Counted from the stretch's first letter, positions 25,730-39,017 are shown. The stretch is 64,000 bases of DNA from Eledone cirrhosa (GCA_964016885.1 OZ024741.1:241304001-241368000); one strand, 5' to 3'. Numbers and translations: made by a program. The notes: generated by a model not told the origin, from the sequence alone.

Positions 25730-28700
25730 TCATTAGTAGTGGTTGCTGCAGGAATTAGTATTAATAGCTATAGTTATTATTAGTGGTTATAATAGTTAGT
25801 ATTGATAAGTATAGTTATTATTTGTGATTATAATAGTTAGTATTGATAACTATAGTTATTATTTGTGATTATAATAGTTAGTATTGATAACTAAAGTTAT
25901 TATTTGTGATTATAATAGTGAGTATTAATAACTACAGTTATTATTAGTGGTTTTAATAGTTAGTATTGATAACTATAGTTATTATGTGTGATTATAATAA
26001 TAAGTATTAATAACTACAGTTATTATTAGTGGTTTTAATAGTTAGTATTGATAACTATAGTTATCATAAGTGGTTATGATAGTTAGTATTGATAACTATA
26101 GTTACTATTAGTGGTTATAATAGTTATTGGTGGTTATAGTAGTAAACGTTGATAACTATAGTAGTTATTAGTGACTACAATAATAGTTAGTATTGGTAGT
26201 TACTATTATTGGCTATAGTCGTTACTATTATTAGCTCTAGAAGATAGTATAGTTGACTATAATTGTTAGTATTAGTGGCTATAGTAGTTAGTATTGGTGG
26301 CTATAGTAGATAGTATAGTTGACTACAGTAGTTAGTATTGGTGGCTGTAGTAGATAGTATAGTTGAGTACAGTAGTTAGTATTGGTGGCTGTAGTAGATA
26401 GTATAGTTGACTACAGTAGTTAGTATTGGTGGCTATAGTAGATAGTATAGTTGACTATAGTAGTTAGTATTGGTGGCTATAGTAGATAGTATAGTTGACT
26501 ACAGTAGTTAGTATTGGTGGCTGTAGTAGATAGTATAGTTGACTACAGTAGTTAGTATTGGTGGCTATAGTAGATAGTATAGTTGACTATAGTAGTTAGT
26601 ATTGGTGGCTGTAGTAGATAGTATAGTTGACTATAGTAGTTAGTATTGGTGGCTGTAGTAGATAGTATAGTTGACTACAGTAGTTAGTATTGGTGGCTGT
26701 AGTAGATAGTATAGTTGACTACAGTAGTTAGTATTGGTGGCTGTAGTAGATAGTATAGTTGACTACAGTAGTTAGTATTGGTGGCTATAGTAGATAGTAT
26801 AGTTGACTATAGTAGTTAGTATTGGTGGCTGTAGTAGATAGTATAGTTGACTACAGTAGTTAGTATTGGTGGCTATAGTAGATAGTATAGTTGACTATAG
26901 TAGTTAGTATTGGTGGCTGTAGTAGATAGTATAGTTGACTATAGTAGTTAGTATTGGTGGCTGTAGTAGATAGTATAGTTGACTATAGTAGTTAGTATTG
27001 GTGGCTGTAGTAGATAGTATAGTTGACTATAGTAGTTAGTATTGGTGGCTGTAGTAGATAGTATAGTTGACTATAGTAGTTAGTATTGGTGGCTATAGTA
27101 GATAGTATAGTTGACTATAGTAGTTAGTATTGGTGGCTATAGTAGATAGTATAGTTGACTACAGTAGTTAGTATTGGTGGCTGTAGTAGATAGTATAGTT
27201 GACTACAGTAGTTAGTATTGGTGGCTATAGTAGATAGTATAGTTGACTATAGTAGTTAGTATTGGTGGCTATAGTAGATAGTATAGTTGACTACAGTAGT
27301 TAGTATTGGTGGCTGTAGTAGATAGTATAGTTGACTACAGTAGTTAGTATTGGTGGCTGTAGTAGATAGTATAGTTGACTATAGTAGTTAGTATTGGTGG
27401 CTGTAGTAGATAGTATAGTTGACTATAGTAGTTAGTATTGGTGGCTATAGTAGATAGTATAGTTGACTACAGTAGTTAGTATTGGTGGCTATAGTAGATA
27501 GTATAGTTGACAACAGTAGTTAGTATTGGTGGCTGTAGTAGATAGTATAGTTGACTATAGTAGTTAGTATTGGTGGCTATAGTAGATAGTATAGTTGACC
27601 ACAGTAGTTAGTATTGGTGGCTGTAGTAGATAGTATAGTTGACTATAGTAGTTAGTATTGGTGGCTATAGTAGATAGTATAGTTGACTACAGTAGTTAGT
27701 ATTGGTGGCTGTAGTAGATAGTATAGTTGACTACAGTAGTTAGTATTGGTGGCTATAGTAGATAGTATAGTTGACTACAGTAGTTAGTATTGGTGGCTGT
27801 AGTAGATAGTATAGTTGACTACAGTAGTTAGTATTGGTGGCTATAGTAGATAGTATAGTTGACTATAGTAGTTAGTATTGGTGGCTATAGTAGATAGTAT
27901 AGTTGACTACAGTAGTTAGTATTGGTGGCTATAGTAGATAGTATAGTTGACAACAGTAGTTAGTATTGGTGTAGTAGATAGTATAGTTGACTATAGTAGT
28001 TAGTATCGGTGGCTATAGTAGATAGTATAGTTGACCACAGTAGTTAGTATTGGTGGCTGTAGTAGATAGTATAGTTGACTATAGTAGTTAGTATTGGTGG
28101 CTATAGTAGATAGTATAGTTGACTACAGGAGTTAGTATTGGTGGCTGTAGTAGATAGTATAGTTGACTATAGTAGTTCGTATTGGTGGCTATAGTAGATA
28201 GTTAGTTGACTATAGTAGTTAGTATTGGTGGCTATAGTAGATAGTATAGTTGACTATAGTAGTTAGTATTGGTGGCTATAGTAGATAGTATAGTTGACTA
28301 TAGTAGTTAGTATTGGTGGCTATAGTAGATAGTATAGTTGACTACAGTAGTTAGTATTGGTGGCTATAGTAGATAGTATAGTTGACTACAGTAGTTAGTA
28401 TTGGTGGCTGTAGTAGATAGTGTAGTTGACTACAGTAGTTAGTATTGGTGGCTATAGTAGATAGTATAGTTGACTACAGTAGTTAGTATTGGTGGCTGTA
28501 GTAGATAGTATAGTTGACTACAGTAGTTAGTATTGGTGGCTGTAGTAGATAGTTAGTTGACTACAGTAGTTAGTATTGGTGGCTGTAGTAGATAGTATAG
28601 TTGACTACAGTAGTTAGTATTGGTGGCTATAGTAGATAGTATAGTTGACTACAGTAGTTAGTATTGGTGGCTATAGTAGATAGTATAGTTGACTATAGTA

Positions 28701-31445
28701 GTTAGTATTGGTGGCTGTAGTAGATAGTATAGTTGACTATAGTAGTTAGTATTGGTGGCTGTAGTAGATAGTATAGTTGACAATAGTAGTTAGTATTGGT
28801 GGCTATAGTAGATAGTATAGTTGACTACAGTAGTTAGTATTGGTGGCTATAGTAGATAGTATAGTTGACTATAGTAGTTAGTATTGGTGGCTGTAGTAGA
28901 TAGTATAGTTGACTACAGTAGCTAGTATTGGTGGCTGTAGTAGATAGTATAGTTGACTACAGTAGTTAGTATTGGTGGCTGTAGTAGATAGTATAGTTGA
29001 CTACAGTAGTTAGTATTGGTGGCTGTAGTAGATAGTATAGTTTACTACAGTAGTTAGTATTGGTGGCTGTAGTAGATAGTTAGTTGACTACAGTAGTTAG
29101 TATTGGTGGCTGTAGTAGATAGTATAGTTGACTACAGTAGTTAGTATTGGTGGCTATAGTAGATAGTATAGTTGACTACAGTAGTTAGTATTGGTGGCTG
29201 TAGTAGATAGTATAGTTGACTATACTAGTTAGTATTGGTGGCTGTAGTAGATAGTATAGTTGACTATAGTAGTTAGTATTGGTGGCTGTAGTAGATAGTA
29301 TAGTTGACTACAGTAGTTAGTATTGGTGGCTATAGTAGATAGTATAGTTGACTACAGTAGTTAGTATTGGTGGCTGTAGTAGATAGTATAGTTGACTACA
29401 GTAGTTAGTATTGGTGGCTATAGTAGATAGTATAGTTGACTATAGTAGTTAGTATTGGTGGCTGTAGTAGATAGTATAGTTGACTATAGTAGTTAGTATT
29501 GGTGGCTGTAGTAGATAGTATAGTTGACTACAGTAGTTAGTATTGGTGGCTATAGTAGATAGTATAGTTGACTATAGTAGTTAGTATTGGTGGCTGTAGT
29601 AGATAGTATAGTTGACTATAGTAGTTAGTATTGGTGGCTGTAGTAGATAGTATAGTTGACTATAGTAGTTAGTATTGGTGGCTGTAGTAGATAGTATAGT
29701 TGACTACAGTAGTTAGTATTGGTGGCTGTAGTAGATAGTATAGTTGACTACAGTAGTTAGTATTGGTGGCTGTAGTAGTTAGTATAGTTGACTATAGTAG
29801 TTAGTATTGGTGGCTGTAGTAGATAGTATAGTTGACTACAGTAGTTAGTATTGGTGGCTATAGTAGATAGTATAGTTGACTATAGTAGTTAGTATTGGTG
29901 GCTATAGTAGATAGTATAGTTGACTACAGTAGTTAGTATTGGTGGCTGTGTAGATAGTATAGTTGACTACAGTAGTTAGTATTGGCGGCTATAGTAGATA
30001 GTATAGTTGACTATAGTAGTTAGTATTGGTGGCTATAGTAGATAGTATAGTTGACTATAGTAGTTAGTATTGGTGGCTGTACTAGATAGTATAGTTGACT
30101 ATAGTAGTTAGTATTGGTGGCTGTACTAGATAGTATAGTTGACTACAGTAGTTAGTATTGGTGGCTATAGTAGATAGTATAGTTGACTATAGTAGTTAGT
30201 ATTGGTGGCTGTAGTAGATAGTATAGTTGACTATAGTAATTAGTATTGGTGGCTATAGTAGATAGTATAGTTGACTACAGTAGTTAGTATTGGTGGCTGT
30301 AGTAGATAGTATAGTTGACTACAGTAGTTAGTATTGGTGGCCATAGTAGATAGTTAGTTGACTACAGTAGTTAGTATTGGTGGCTGTAGTAGATAGTATA
30401 GTTGACTACAGTAGTTAGTATTGGTGGCTGTAGTAGATAGTATAGTTGACTACAGTAGTTAGTATTGGTGGCCATAGTAGATAGTATAGTTGACTACAGT
30501 AGTTAGTATTGGTGGCTGTAGTAGATAGTATAGTTGACTACAGTAGTTAGTATTGGTGGCTGTACTAGATAGTATAGTTGACTACTGTAGTTAGTATTGG
30601 TGGCTATAGTAGATAGTATAGTTGACTACAGTAGTTAGTATTGGTGGCTATAGTAGATAGTATAGTTGACTATAGTAGTTAGTATTGGTGGCTGTAGTAG
30701 ATAGTATAGTTGACTACAGTATTTAGTATTGGTGGCTATAGTAGATAGTATAGTTGACTACAGTAGTTAGTATTGGTGGCTATAGTAGATAGTATAGTTG
30801 ACTATAGTAGTTAGTATTGATGGCTGTAGTAGATAGTATAGTTGACTACAGTATTTAGTATTGGTGGCTATAGTAGATAGTATAGTTGACTACAGTAGTT
30901 AGTATTGGTGGCTGTACTAGATAGTATAGTTGACTACAGTAGTTAGTATTGGTGGCTATAGTAGATAGTATAGTTGACTATAGTAGTTAGTATTGGTGGC
31001 TATAGTAGATAGTATAGTTGACTACAGTAGTTAGTATTGGTGGCTATAGTAGATAGTATAGTTGACAACAGTAGTTAGTATTGGTGGCTGTAGTAGATAG
31101 TATAGTTGACTATAGTAGTTCGTATTGGTGGCTATAGTAGATAGTTAGTTGACTATAGTAGTTAGTATTGGTGGCTATAGTAGATAGTATAGTTGACTAT
31201 AGTAGTTAGTATTGGTGGCTATAGTAGATAGTATAGTTGACTATAGTAGTTAGTATTGGTGGCTATAGTAGATAGTATAGTTGACTACAGTAGTTAGTAT
31301 TGGTGGCTATAGTAGATAGTATAGTTGACTACAGTAGTTAGTATTGGTGGCTGTACTAGATAGTATAGTTGACTACAGTAGTTAGTATTGGTGGCTATAG
31401 TAGATAGTATAGTTGACTATAGTAGTTAGTATTGGTGGCTATAGT
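25730..31445. repeat. 44-bp satellite (two 22-bp subunits), more than 110 copies, with a degenerate AT-richer flank at about 25730-26240
   Basis: Unit agtagttagtattggtggctRt + agtagatagtatagttgactaY. Confidence 0.95.
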
Positions 31446-32159
31446 AATTACTATTATTAGCTATAGTAGCTATAGTGTTGGTGGCTAGAATAATTAGTTG
31501 CACTAAATACATTTAAGCTCTGACTACATATATAGAAAAAAGTTTCCTATAGTTTTGATTCACAAATTTATGTTAAATTTGGGATCAAATTTTTTGTCTG
31601 ATTATATAATGGAATGTGTTATTATTTTTATAGTTGGTTTCAGACCAGTGTCATCCCTGATTTAGTAGATCTATGATCAGAAGTGTTCCAACCATGGCTA
31701 TTCTATTTTTGTATTTGTTTGCAGGCAGAAGATATTTCAGACAATATTGTCTACAATATCCTCCCTTTTTGAAGATGGTAGGGTGTGATTTGAGGGAGAT
31801 TTAGCTGCTATTTCAAGCAGACCTAAGTAATAGCACATTTTGTTATTGCAATGTTCAGTAGACACAACATATCAAAATGTAAACAAAAAGGGGGGGACCT
31901 CTTGTTCACTGGAGGAATTTCATCCATATTCAAATTTGAAACCATCTACTGACAAAGTCATTAAAAGGCCATATGAAAAACAATTTAACTCTTATGAACT
32001 AAACAATACATTAATATACTGTATATACCTTTGTATAAGTTGCATGTCCATTTTAGATACAACATTTATAATGCCCAATATATTTTGAATTGAGGTATTG
32101 TAAGTCAAGTAACTAAGTAACATACTGGATTTTCATGGAAACAGGTGCATGGGTATATG

Positions 32160-32331
32160 CAGGGCTGGATTAAGCAAAATAAACACATGTTTAGGGCATC
32201 AAGGAGTGAGGGGAACCATTTCATTTAAATTAATTGTATTTGCAATTCCACCCCAAAAAACTATTTTCTGTAGACATTATATGGAAAGAGGTGGTGACAC
32301 CCTAAACTTATAAGTGCTTAATTCAGCCCTG
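32160..32331. mobile_element. Small MITE with CAGGGC termini (hAT-like?)
   Basis: cagggctggattaagca / tgcttaattcagccctg; no exact TSD. Confidence 0.5.
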
Positions 32332-32577
32332 GTATACACAGTAAGTTGCTTATATCTGATTTTGGAAAATTAAAGCATTATTGTTCTTTTCAATACACAG
32401 ATGAAATGCTACTGGTTTTTATAAAATTGCCATTCATCCCTGGTATGCAAAAAGAGGTTCCTACCTCTCTATGTAAAGAGGTAGGTTACCTCTTATTTAA
32501 GTCTAATTGCAATTAGCAATATGGACTGATATATAATTCAACAATTTACACTTGACTGATAAAAACAGTTCACTTTA

Positions 32578-32762
32578 TAATTGTTTCTACATTTGGCCCA
32601 AGGCCACCAATTACCCAGTACATTACTGGTACTTTATTTTATCGACCCCGTAAGGATAAAAGGCAAAGTTAACCTCGGCAGGATTTGAACTCAGACCATA
32701 AAGGGCCGTAACTCTTTGCTGCAAAGCATGACGTCAGACCCTCTACCAATACTGCCAATCCA
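32578..32762 (-). mobile_element. SINE family B copy
   Basis: Same sequence as 11147-11332. Confidence 0.85.
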
Positions 32763-33152
32763 AATGGAATAGTTTCAGGCTCAATCCCAATGTGCAGTAT
32801 GGTAGGCAAGTATCTTCTACAGTAGTTGAATTTAATCCTTCTATTACCATATTTCTAATGAAATACACTGCATACGTATTTCATGTTAATTTGAAAATAA
32901 TCAAACATTTGGAGGTTTAATAAAACAACTAACTTTTTCATTAAAAAGATGATGTTTCGAACATTACTAAACAAAATATTCTTAAATGAATTTAGGATGA
33001 AAGGTTATAATAATAAGGTGGAATATTTTTAAATGGTCAGTTTTAGGCAGGTAGGTATCCAATGGGTTAAATTATTTTTATGGTGGTTAACGATAATTAG
33101 AAAGAAAAGGAAATCTATAAACAATTCTCATACATAATTAAAACTACTTGTG

Positions 33153-33498
33153 TCATCATCATCATCATTTCATTTTACGTCCGCTTTTTCCCTGCTTGCA
33201 AGGGTGGGACGGGAACTGATGCTGGCTTGATTTCTACAGCTGGATGCCCTTCCTAACACCAACCTCATTTACAGTGAGTGCTGGGTGCTTTTTTGCCGTG
33301 GCACCTCCACGGCCACTTTACAGTGGAATAATAGAGACCCCAGTCCCTATCATCTCATTTCTACAGCTGAGTAAACTGGAGCAATGTGAAATAAAGTGTC
33401 TTGCTCAAGGAAACAACACATCGCCCGGTCTGAGAATTGAACTCACAACCTTTCGATTGATAGGCCAATGCTCTAACCACTAAGCCATGTGCCTCCAC
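33153..33498 (-). mobile_element. tRNA-derived SINE family A, full length, (GAT)n tail; second copy 36205-36521
   Basis: Head 'ggaggcacatggcttagtggttagagc..gagttcaattc', core 'ccttgagcaagacacttta', tail module 'ggtgttaggaagggcatccagctgtagaaa' shared with family C. Confidence 0.85.
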
Positions 33499-33617
33499 GT
33501 ATATGTATATATATATATATATATATGCTAGGTACAAGGTTGAAGATAAGCAGGATTTGTTTACAGCCATGTGCACATAGGTACACAAACATATCACAGT
33601 ATATATGACAGTATAAA

Positions 33618-33803
33618 GGGCGGTGGATTGGCAGTATCGGTAGAGGGTCGGACGCCATGCTTTCAAGCATAGTTACGTCCCTTTACGATCTGAGTTCAAA
33701 TCCCGCCGAGGTTGACTTTGTCTTTCATCCTTACGGGGTCGATAAAATAAAGTACCAGTAATGCACTGGTTAATTGCTGGCCTTGTGCCTAAAGTAGAAA
33801 CAA
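33618..33803 (+). mobile_element. SINE family B, full length, TSD gtatatatgacagtata
   Basis: A/B boxes and core; duplication on both flanks. Confidence 0.85.
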
Positions 33804-34702
33804 GTATATATGACAGTATATCTGTATATGTAGGAATACAGGCATAACAGACATACTGAGACATGTGTATGTGCATGTGTATATATGCATGCATATATGT
33901 ATATATATATATATGTATGTATGTATACTTATATGTGCTTATATATGTGTGTGTATGTATATATTGTATATATGCATATCATCATTATCATCATCATCAT
34001 CGTTTAACGGCCCTGTTCCACGCTTGCATGGGTTTGGATGGGAGTTTTCCCACTTGAGGCAAGAGTGGTTGTCTTGCTCGCATAGGACTGTCTGGCGGGT
34101 TTTCTACAGCTGGATGCCCTTCCTAACACCAACCACGTTTACAGTGTCGGGCTGGGAGGTTTTTACCGTGTTGCCTACACGGCCACATTACAGCGTGGAC
34201 ACGGCCACATTACAGCGATGATATATATATCATATGATATATATATATCATAATCATCATCATCATCATCATCATCATTATCATCATATATATATATATA
34301 TATATATGGGTGTATTTGTGTATATATATATCACCTTGACCACCTTGACCGACCAGTCTGTCGGGCGCCAATCGGCGCCGCTGGTCACAGCACGTCGTGC
34401 TCTTTTAGCCATAAGATAACGCCATCCCACTGGCTGGGTGGGCAGGCCGGTACTCATTTCTACAGCTGAGTATACATACTACTGTAGGTCTGTATACATA
34501 TGTATGTATGTATACATACTTATATTAAAGTAACAGCCGTACTAAAAGTGAGAAATGAAATTTGGTTTCATTTTTTCTGTTTATCGTTTTCGGTGTGCCC
34601 GGCCGATTAACTCACTCGATATGCAAATTAGGCTGCTAAGCCGTTAATATGCATAAGGAAAGTATATACTTTCAGACGTTCAATCATCTGGAAGGAAGGT
34701 AT

Positions 34703-34745
34703 ACGGTGCTGATGATAGCTAATAAGCTTGAAACTAGTACATCGT
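34703..34745 (+). ncRNA. Minimal type-I hammerhead ribozyme, unit 1
   Basis: acggug CUGAUGA u agc uaauaa gcu u GAAA cuag UA caucgu. Confidence 0.8.
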
Positions 34746-35078
34746 TCCTTTGTCAGTGTTGAACAAAAGGGCAATGATGGTTGCTAAAGACTGTACGGCT
34801 TAATACGGGCTGTTTGTTTACAAACACACCAAGCATTATAATAAATGTTCGGTAAATCCATACGTACATATATATATGTGTGCATGTATACATACTACTG
34901 TACGTCTATATACATATATGTATGTACATATACATACTTATATATATCGTTTCATTTTTTCCGTTTATCGTTTTCGGTGCACCCGGCCGATTAACCCACT
35001 CGATATGCAAATTGGGCTACTCAGCCGTTAATATGCATAAGGTAAGTATATACGTTCAACAATCTGGCAGGAAGGTAT

Positions 35079-35121
35079 ACGTTGCTGACGATAGCTAACA
35101 AGCTTGAAACTAGTACAGCGT
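35079..35121 (+). ncRNA. Minimal type-I hammerhead ribozyme, unit 2
   Basis: acguug CUGACGA u agc uaacaa gcu u GAAA cuag UA cagcgu. Confidence 0.8.
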
Positions 35122-35500
35122 TCCTTTGTCAGTGTTGAACAAACGAGCAACGGTGGTTGCTAGACACTACGGCTTAATACGGGATGTTTGTTTACAAACA
35201 CACCGAGCATTATAATAAATGTTCGGTGAATCCATACGTGCATATATATATGTGTGCATGTATGTATATATATATATACATACTACTGTACGTCGGTATA
35301 CATATATGTATGTACGTGTACATACTTATATTTAAGTAACAGCCGTACTAAGAGTGGGAAATGAAATATCGTTTCATTTTTTCCGTTTATCGTTTTCGGT
35401 GCACCCGGCCGATTAACCCACTCGATATGCAAATTGGGCTACTCAGCCGTTAATATGCATAAGGTAAGTATATACGTTCAACAATCTGGCAGGAAGGTAT

Positions 35501-35543
35501 ACGTTGCTGACGATAGCTAACAAGCTTGAAACTAGTACAGCGT
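35501..35543 (+). ncRNA. Minimal type-I hammerhead ribozyme, unit 3
   Basis: Identical to the unit 2 motif. Confidence 0.8.
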
Positions 35544-35806
35544 TCCTTTGTCAGTGTTGAACAAACGAGCAACGGTGGTTGCTAGACACTACGGCTTAAT
35601 ACGGGATGTTTGTTTACAAACACACCGAGCATTATAATAAATGTTCGGTGAATCCATACGTGCATATATATATGTGTGCATGTATGTATATATATATATA
35701 CATACTACTGTACGTCGGTATACATATATGTATGTACGTGTACATACTTATATTTAAGTAACAGCCGTACTAAGAGTGGGAAATGAAATATTGTTTCATT
35801 TTTTCC

Positions 35807-35885
<79 letters not shown>

Positions 35886-36793
35886 ACACACAGTGAGAGA
35901 TGTACAGATTTCAATATATAGAAGATAGAAAAATAGAGGAACTGATAAAAAGACAGAAAATACGAGGTTGAGATCAAATCTCTGAATCAACATGGTTTCA
36001 TTTATTCTAACATTTAATTATCACATGCAATAAAATATATTGTGTATTATGTACATGTAATTCTGAAACAAAAATACTTAGATTGAACAGTTAAGTTTAA
36101 GTCAGCTGAATCTATATCAAAACAAAACAACAAATCTTTATCCAAAAATATACATGTTGAATTTCTACAGTAATATTATAATATAAATATATTTATATAT
36201 ATATATCATCATCATCATCATCATTTTACGTCCGCTTTTCCCTTCTTGCAAAGGTGGTACAGGAACTGATTCTGGCTTGATTTCTACAGCTGGATGCCCT
36301 TCCTAACACCAACCTCATTTACAGTGAGTGCTGGGTGCTTTTGCCGTGGCACCTCCATGACCACTTTGCAGTGGAATGATATGGACCCCAGTCCCTATCA
36401 TCTCATTTCTACAGCTGAGTAAACTGGAGCAATGTGAAATAAAGTGTCTTGCTCAAGGAAACAACACATCACCCGGTCTGAGAATTGAACTCACAACGTT
36501 TTGATTGCAAGCCCAATGCTTATATATATATATATATTGTTATACTTGGGGAGGGCCATATTGTTGTAATAATATTGCCAGAAATAATAACAGAACACAC
36601 TCACTGTTATATATATGGAGAGAGAGAGAGAGATGTTCGTATATATGTACGTATTTATATGTATATAAATCTGTATGCTTATATATGTATATATGTGTAT
36701 GTACGTATATGTATGTATATGCATATATATGTATATATATGTATATATATATATATATGGATGTATATATATATGTACACATATGTTTGTATG

Positions 36794-36824
<31 letters not shown>

Positions 36825-36847
36825 ATGTATATATATATATATATATG

Positions 36848-37212
36848 TACAATGATATTAAATAAATGGAAACTATATTTATAAAACCATATTTATTCTA
36901 TTATATATATTTCAAGGGTACCAAAATTTTGGTACGCTATCATCAGATAAAATACGAAGTGTGTTTTATAAATTTTGACATAATTTATAATCAAAATTTA
37001 TAAAATTCACTTCGTATTTTATCTGATGATAGCGTAACAAAATTTTGGTACCCTTGAAATATATATAATAGAATAAGTATGGTTTTATAAATATAGTTTC
37101 CATTTATTTAATATCATTGTATATTATACTCCAGAAAACTGTAGAGTGCTTAGAATCAGTTATAAACATTTATATTTGTTGAATTACCAACAAATTGAAT
37201 ATCCCTTCTGCT
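36848..37212 (+). mobile_element. Fold-back HHR element family P2 (arms 36848-37121, tail 37122-37212)
   Basis: About 135-bp near-perfect inverted arms; tail 'tatactccagaaaactgtagagtgc'; flanked by (TA)n. Confidence 0.85.
37015..37075 (+). ncRNA. Type-I hammerhead (mirror copy 36894-36954 on minus strand)
   Basis: uauuuuau CUGAUGA u agcgua(a/c)c aaaauuuu gguacccu u GAAA uauaua UA auagaaua. Confidence 0.7.
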
Positions 37213-37228
37213 TATATATATATGTATG

Positions 37229-37268
<40 letters not shown>

Positions 37269-37430
37269 TATTTATGTATATATATATGTGTGTATGCATA
37301 TGTATATATATAATATATATGCATATTTATGTATATATATGTGTGTGTATGCATGTGTATGTATATATATGTGTATGCATATGTATGTACATATATATAT
37401 ATATGTATGCATATGTATGTATATATATAT

Positions 37431-37802
37431 ATCATCATCATCATCATCGTTTAACGTCCATCTTCCATGCTTACATGGGTTAGGACGGGAGTTTTCCCAC
37501 TTGAGGCAACAGTGGTTGTCTTGCTCGCATAGGACTGTCTGGCGGGTTTTCTACAGCTGGATGCCCTTCCTAACACCAACCACATTTACAGTGTGGGGCT
37601 GGGAGGTTTTTACCGTGTTACCTACACGGCCACATTACAGTGTGGACTGTATGTTTTTTTTGTCGTGACACCTACACGACCTCATTTGTTTTGCACTGGA
37701 TGTTGTGACACCAACATAACTTTACATTGAAAGGGGTGGTGTGGATGGGGTGGGGGTAGTGGGACGGGGGTGTATTTTTGTTAGAGGTGCCTACTGACTG
37801 TA
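37431..37802 (-). mobile_element. Retroposon family C, full length; further copies 33980-34217 (partial) and 38150-38518
   Basis: Same 5' end 'tacagtcagtaggcacctctaac' and (GAT)n tail. Confidence 0.8.
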
Positions 37803-38700
37803 TATATGTGTATATCTATATGTGTATATATATACACACACATATATATATATATATATAAATCATCCTCATCATCATCATATATATATATATATATATA
37901 TTTATTTATATATATATTTCATAGTTGAATTTGTCTGGCAGGTGATTTGATCTGGGCCAGTGTGCTGAAACTAAAGCAATTACATTGTGGTAGAGTCATT
38001 TTAGCACTTCTTAAACACACAGGAGTGTGTATGCATATTTACATTCATGTGTGTATGTGTATGAATGAATGTATGTGGGTATGTTATGTATGTAAATGTG
38101 TGTATGTTTAGTATATATGTGTGTATATATGTCTGCGTGTGTCTATATATCATCATCATCGTTTAACGTCCATCTTCCACGCTTGCATGGGTTTGGACGG
38201 GAGTTTTCCTACTTGAGGCAAGATTGGTTGACTTGCTCGTCTAGGACTGTCTGGCGGGTTTTTCTATGGCTGGATGCCCTTCCTAACACCAACCACATTT
38301 ACAGTGTGGACTGGGAGGTTTTTACCGTGTTACCTACATGGCCACATTACAGCATGGACTGTGTGTTTTTTTTTTGTCATGACACCTACACTACCTCATT
38401 TATTTAGGACTGGATGTTGTGGTACCAACATAACTTTACATCGAAAGGAGTGGTGTGGATGGGGTGGGGGTGGTGGGACGGGGGGTGTATTTTTGTTAGA
38501 GGTGCCTACTGACTGTAGGTTTCGCTTTGTGTGTATATATATATATATATATCTCAAACTACACACGTACTTCACTATCTCACTGCCACCCAAAACTAAT
38601 TGCTTTTGTGTCAAACAGACAAATGTTGTCGACAAAACTAACCTTATTTACTTCACCTATTTACAACACTATGGGACATGTGTTTAGTAAATATTTATGT

Positions 38701-38781
38701 TATTTGATAGATTCTGATGAGATCAATACAACAGAATTGAATATTCCTGTTGTGTTGATTGAAACGTTCATCAATCAAATA
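38701..38781 (+). ncRNA. Type-I hammerhead with 14-bp stem II in a solo element (about 38553-38823) between (TA)n tracts
   Basis: gauu CUGAUGA gaucaauacaacag [aauugaauauuc] cuguuguguugauu GAAA cguuca UC aauc. Confidence 0.7.
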
Positions 38782-38979
38782 AGTAATTCATTGTAATTTA
38801 ATTCTGGTAATTTTTATTCATTTATATATATATATATGTATGTATATATATATATGTGTACATATATATATATATATATATCTGTGTGTATATATATATA
38901 TACATATATATATATGTGTGTGTGTGTGTGTACTCGTACAGATATATATTATGTGTATATGTGCATATATATTTGTGTA

Positions 38980-39017
<38 letters not shown>

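Larger units (their letters stand above)
34471..35811 (+). mobile_element. Tandem ~376-422-bp repeat with one hammerhead per unit (retrozyme-like / tandem pLTR array)
   Basis: About 3.3 head-to-tail units; HHR cores start at 34709, 35085 and 35507; no credible ORF; ends in (TA)n. Confidence 0.85.

Noticed and set aside
19625-31445. Regular repeats as possible CRISPR arrays (also 62750-64000)
   Set aside because: No unique spacers, no cas genes, eukaryotic context; these are plain tandem satellites
33420-33498. tRNA genes
   Set aside because: All tRNA-like segments run into SINE bodies and lack a complete cloverleaf
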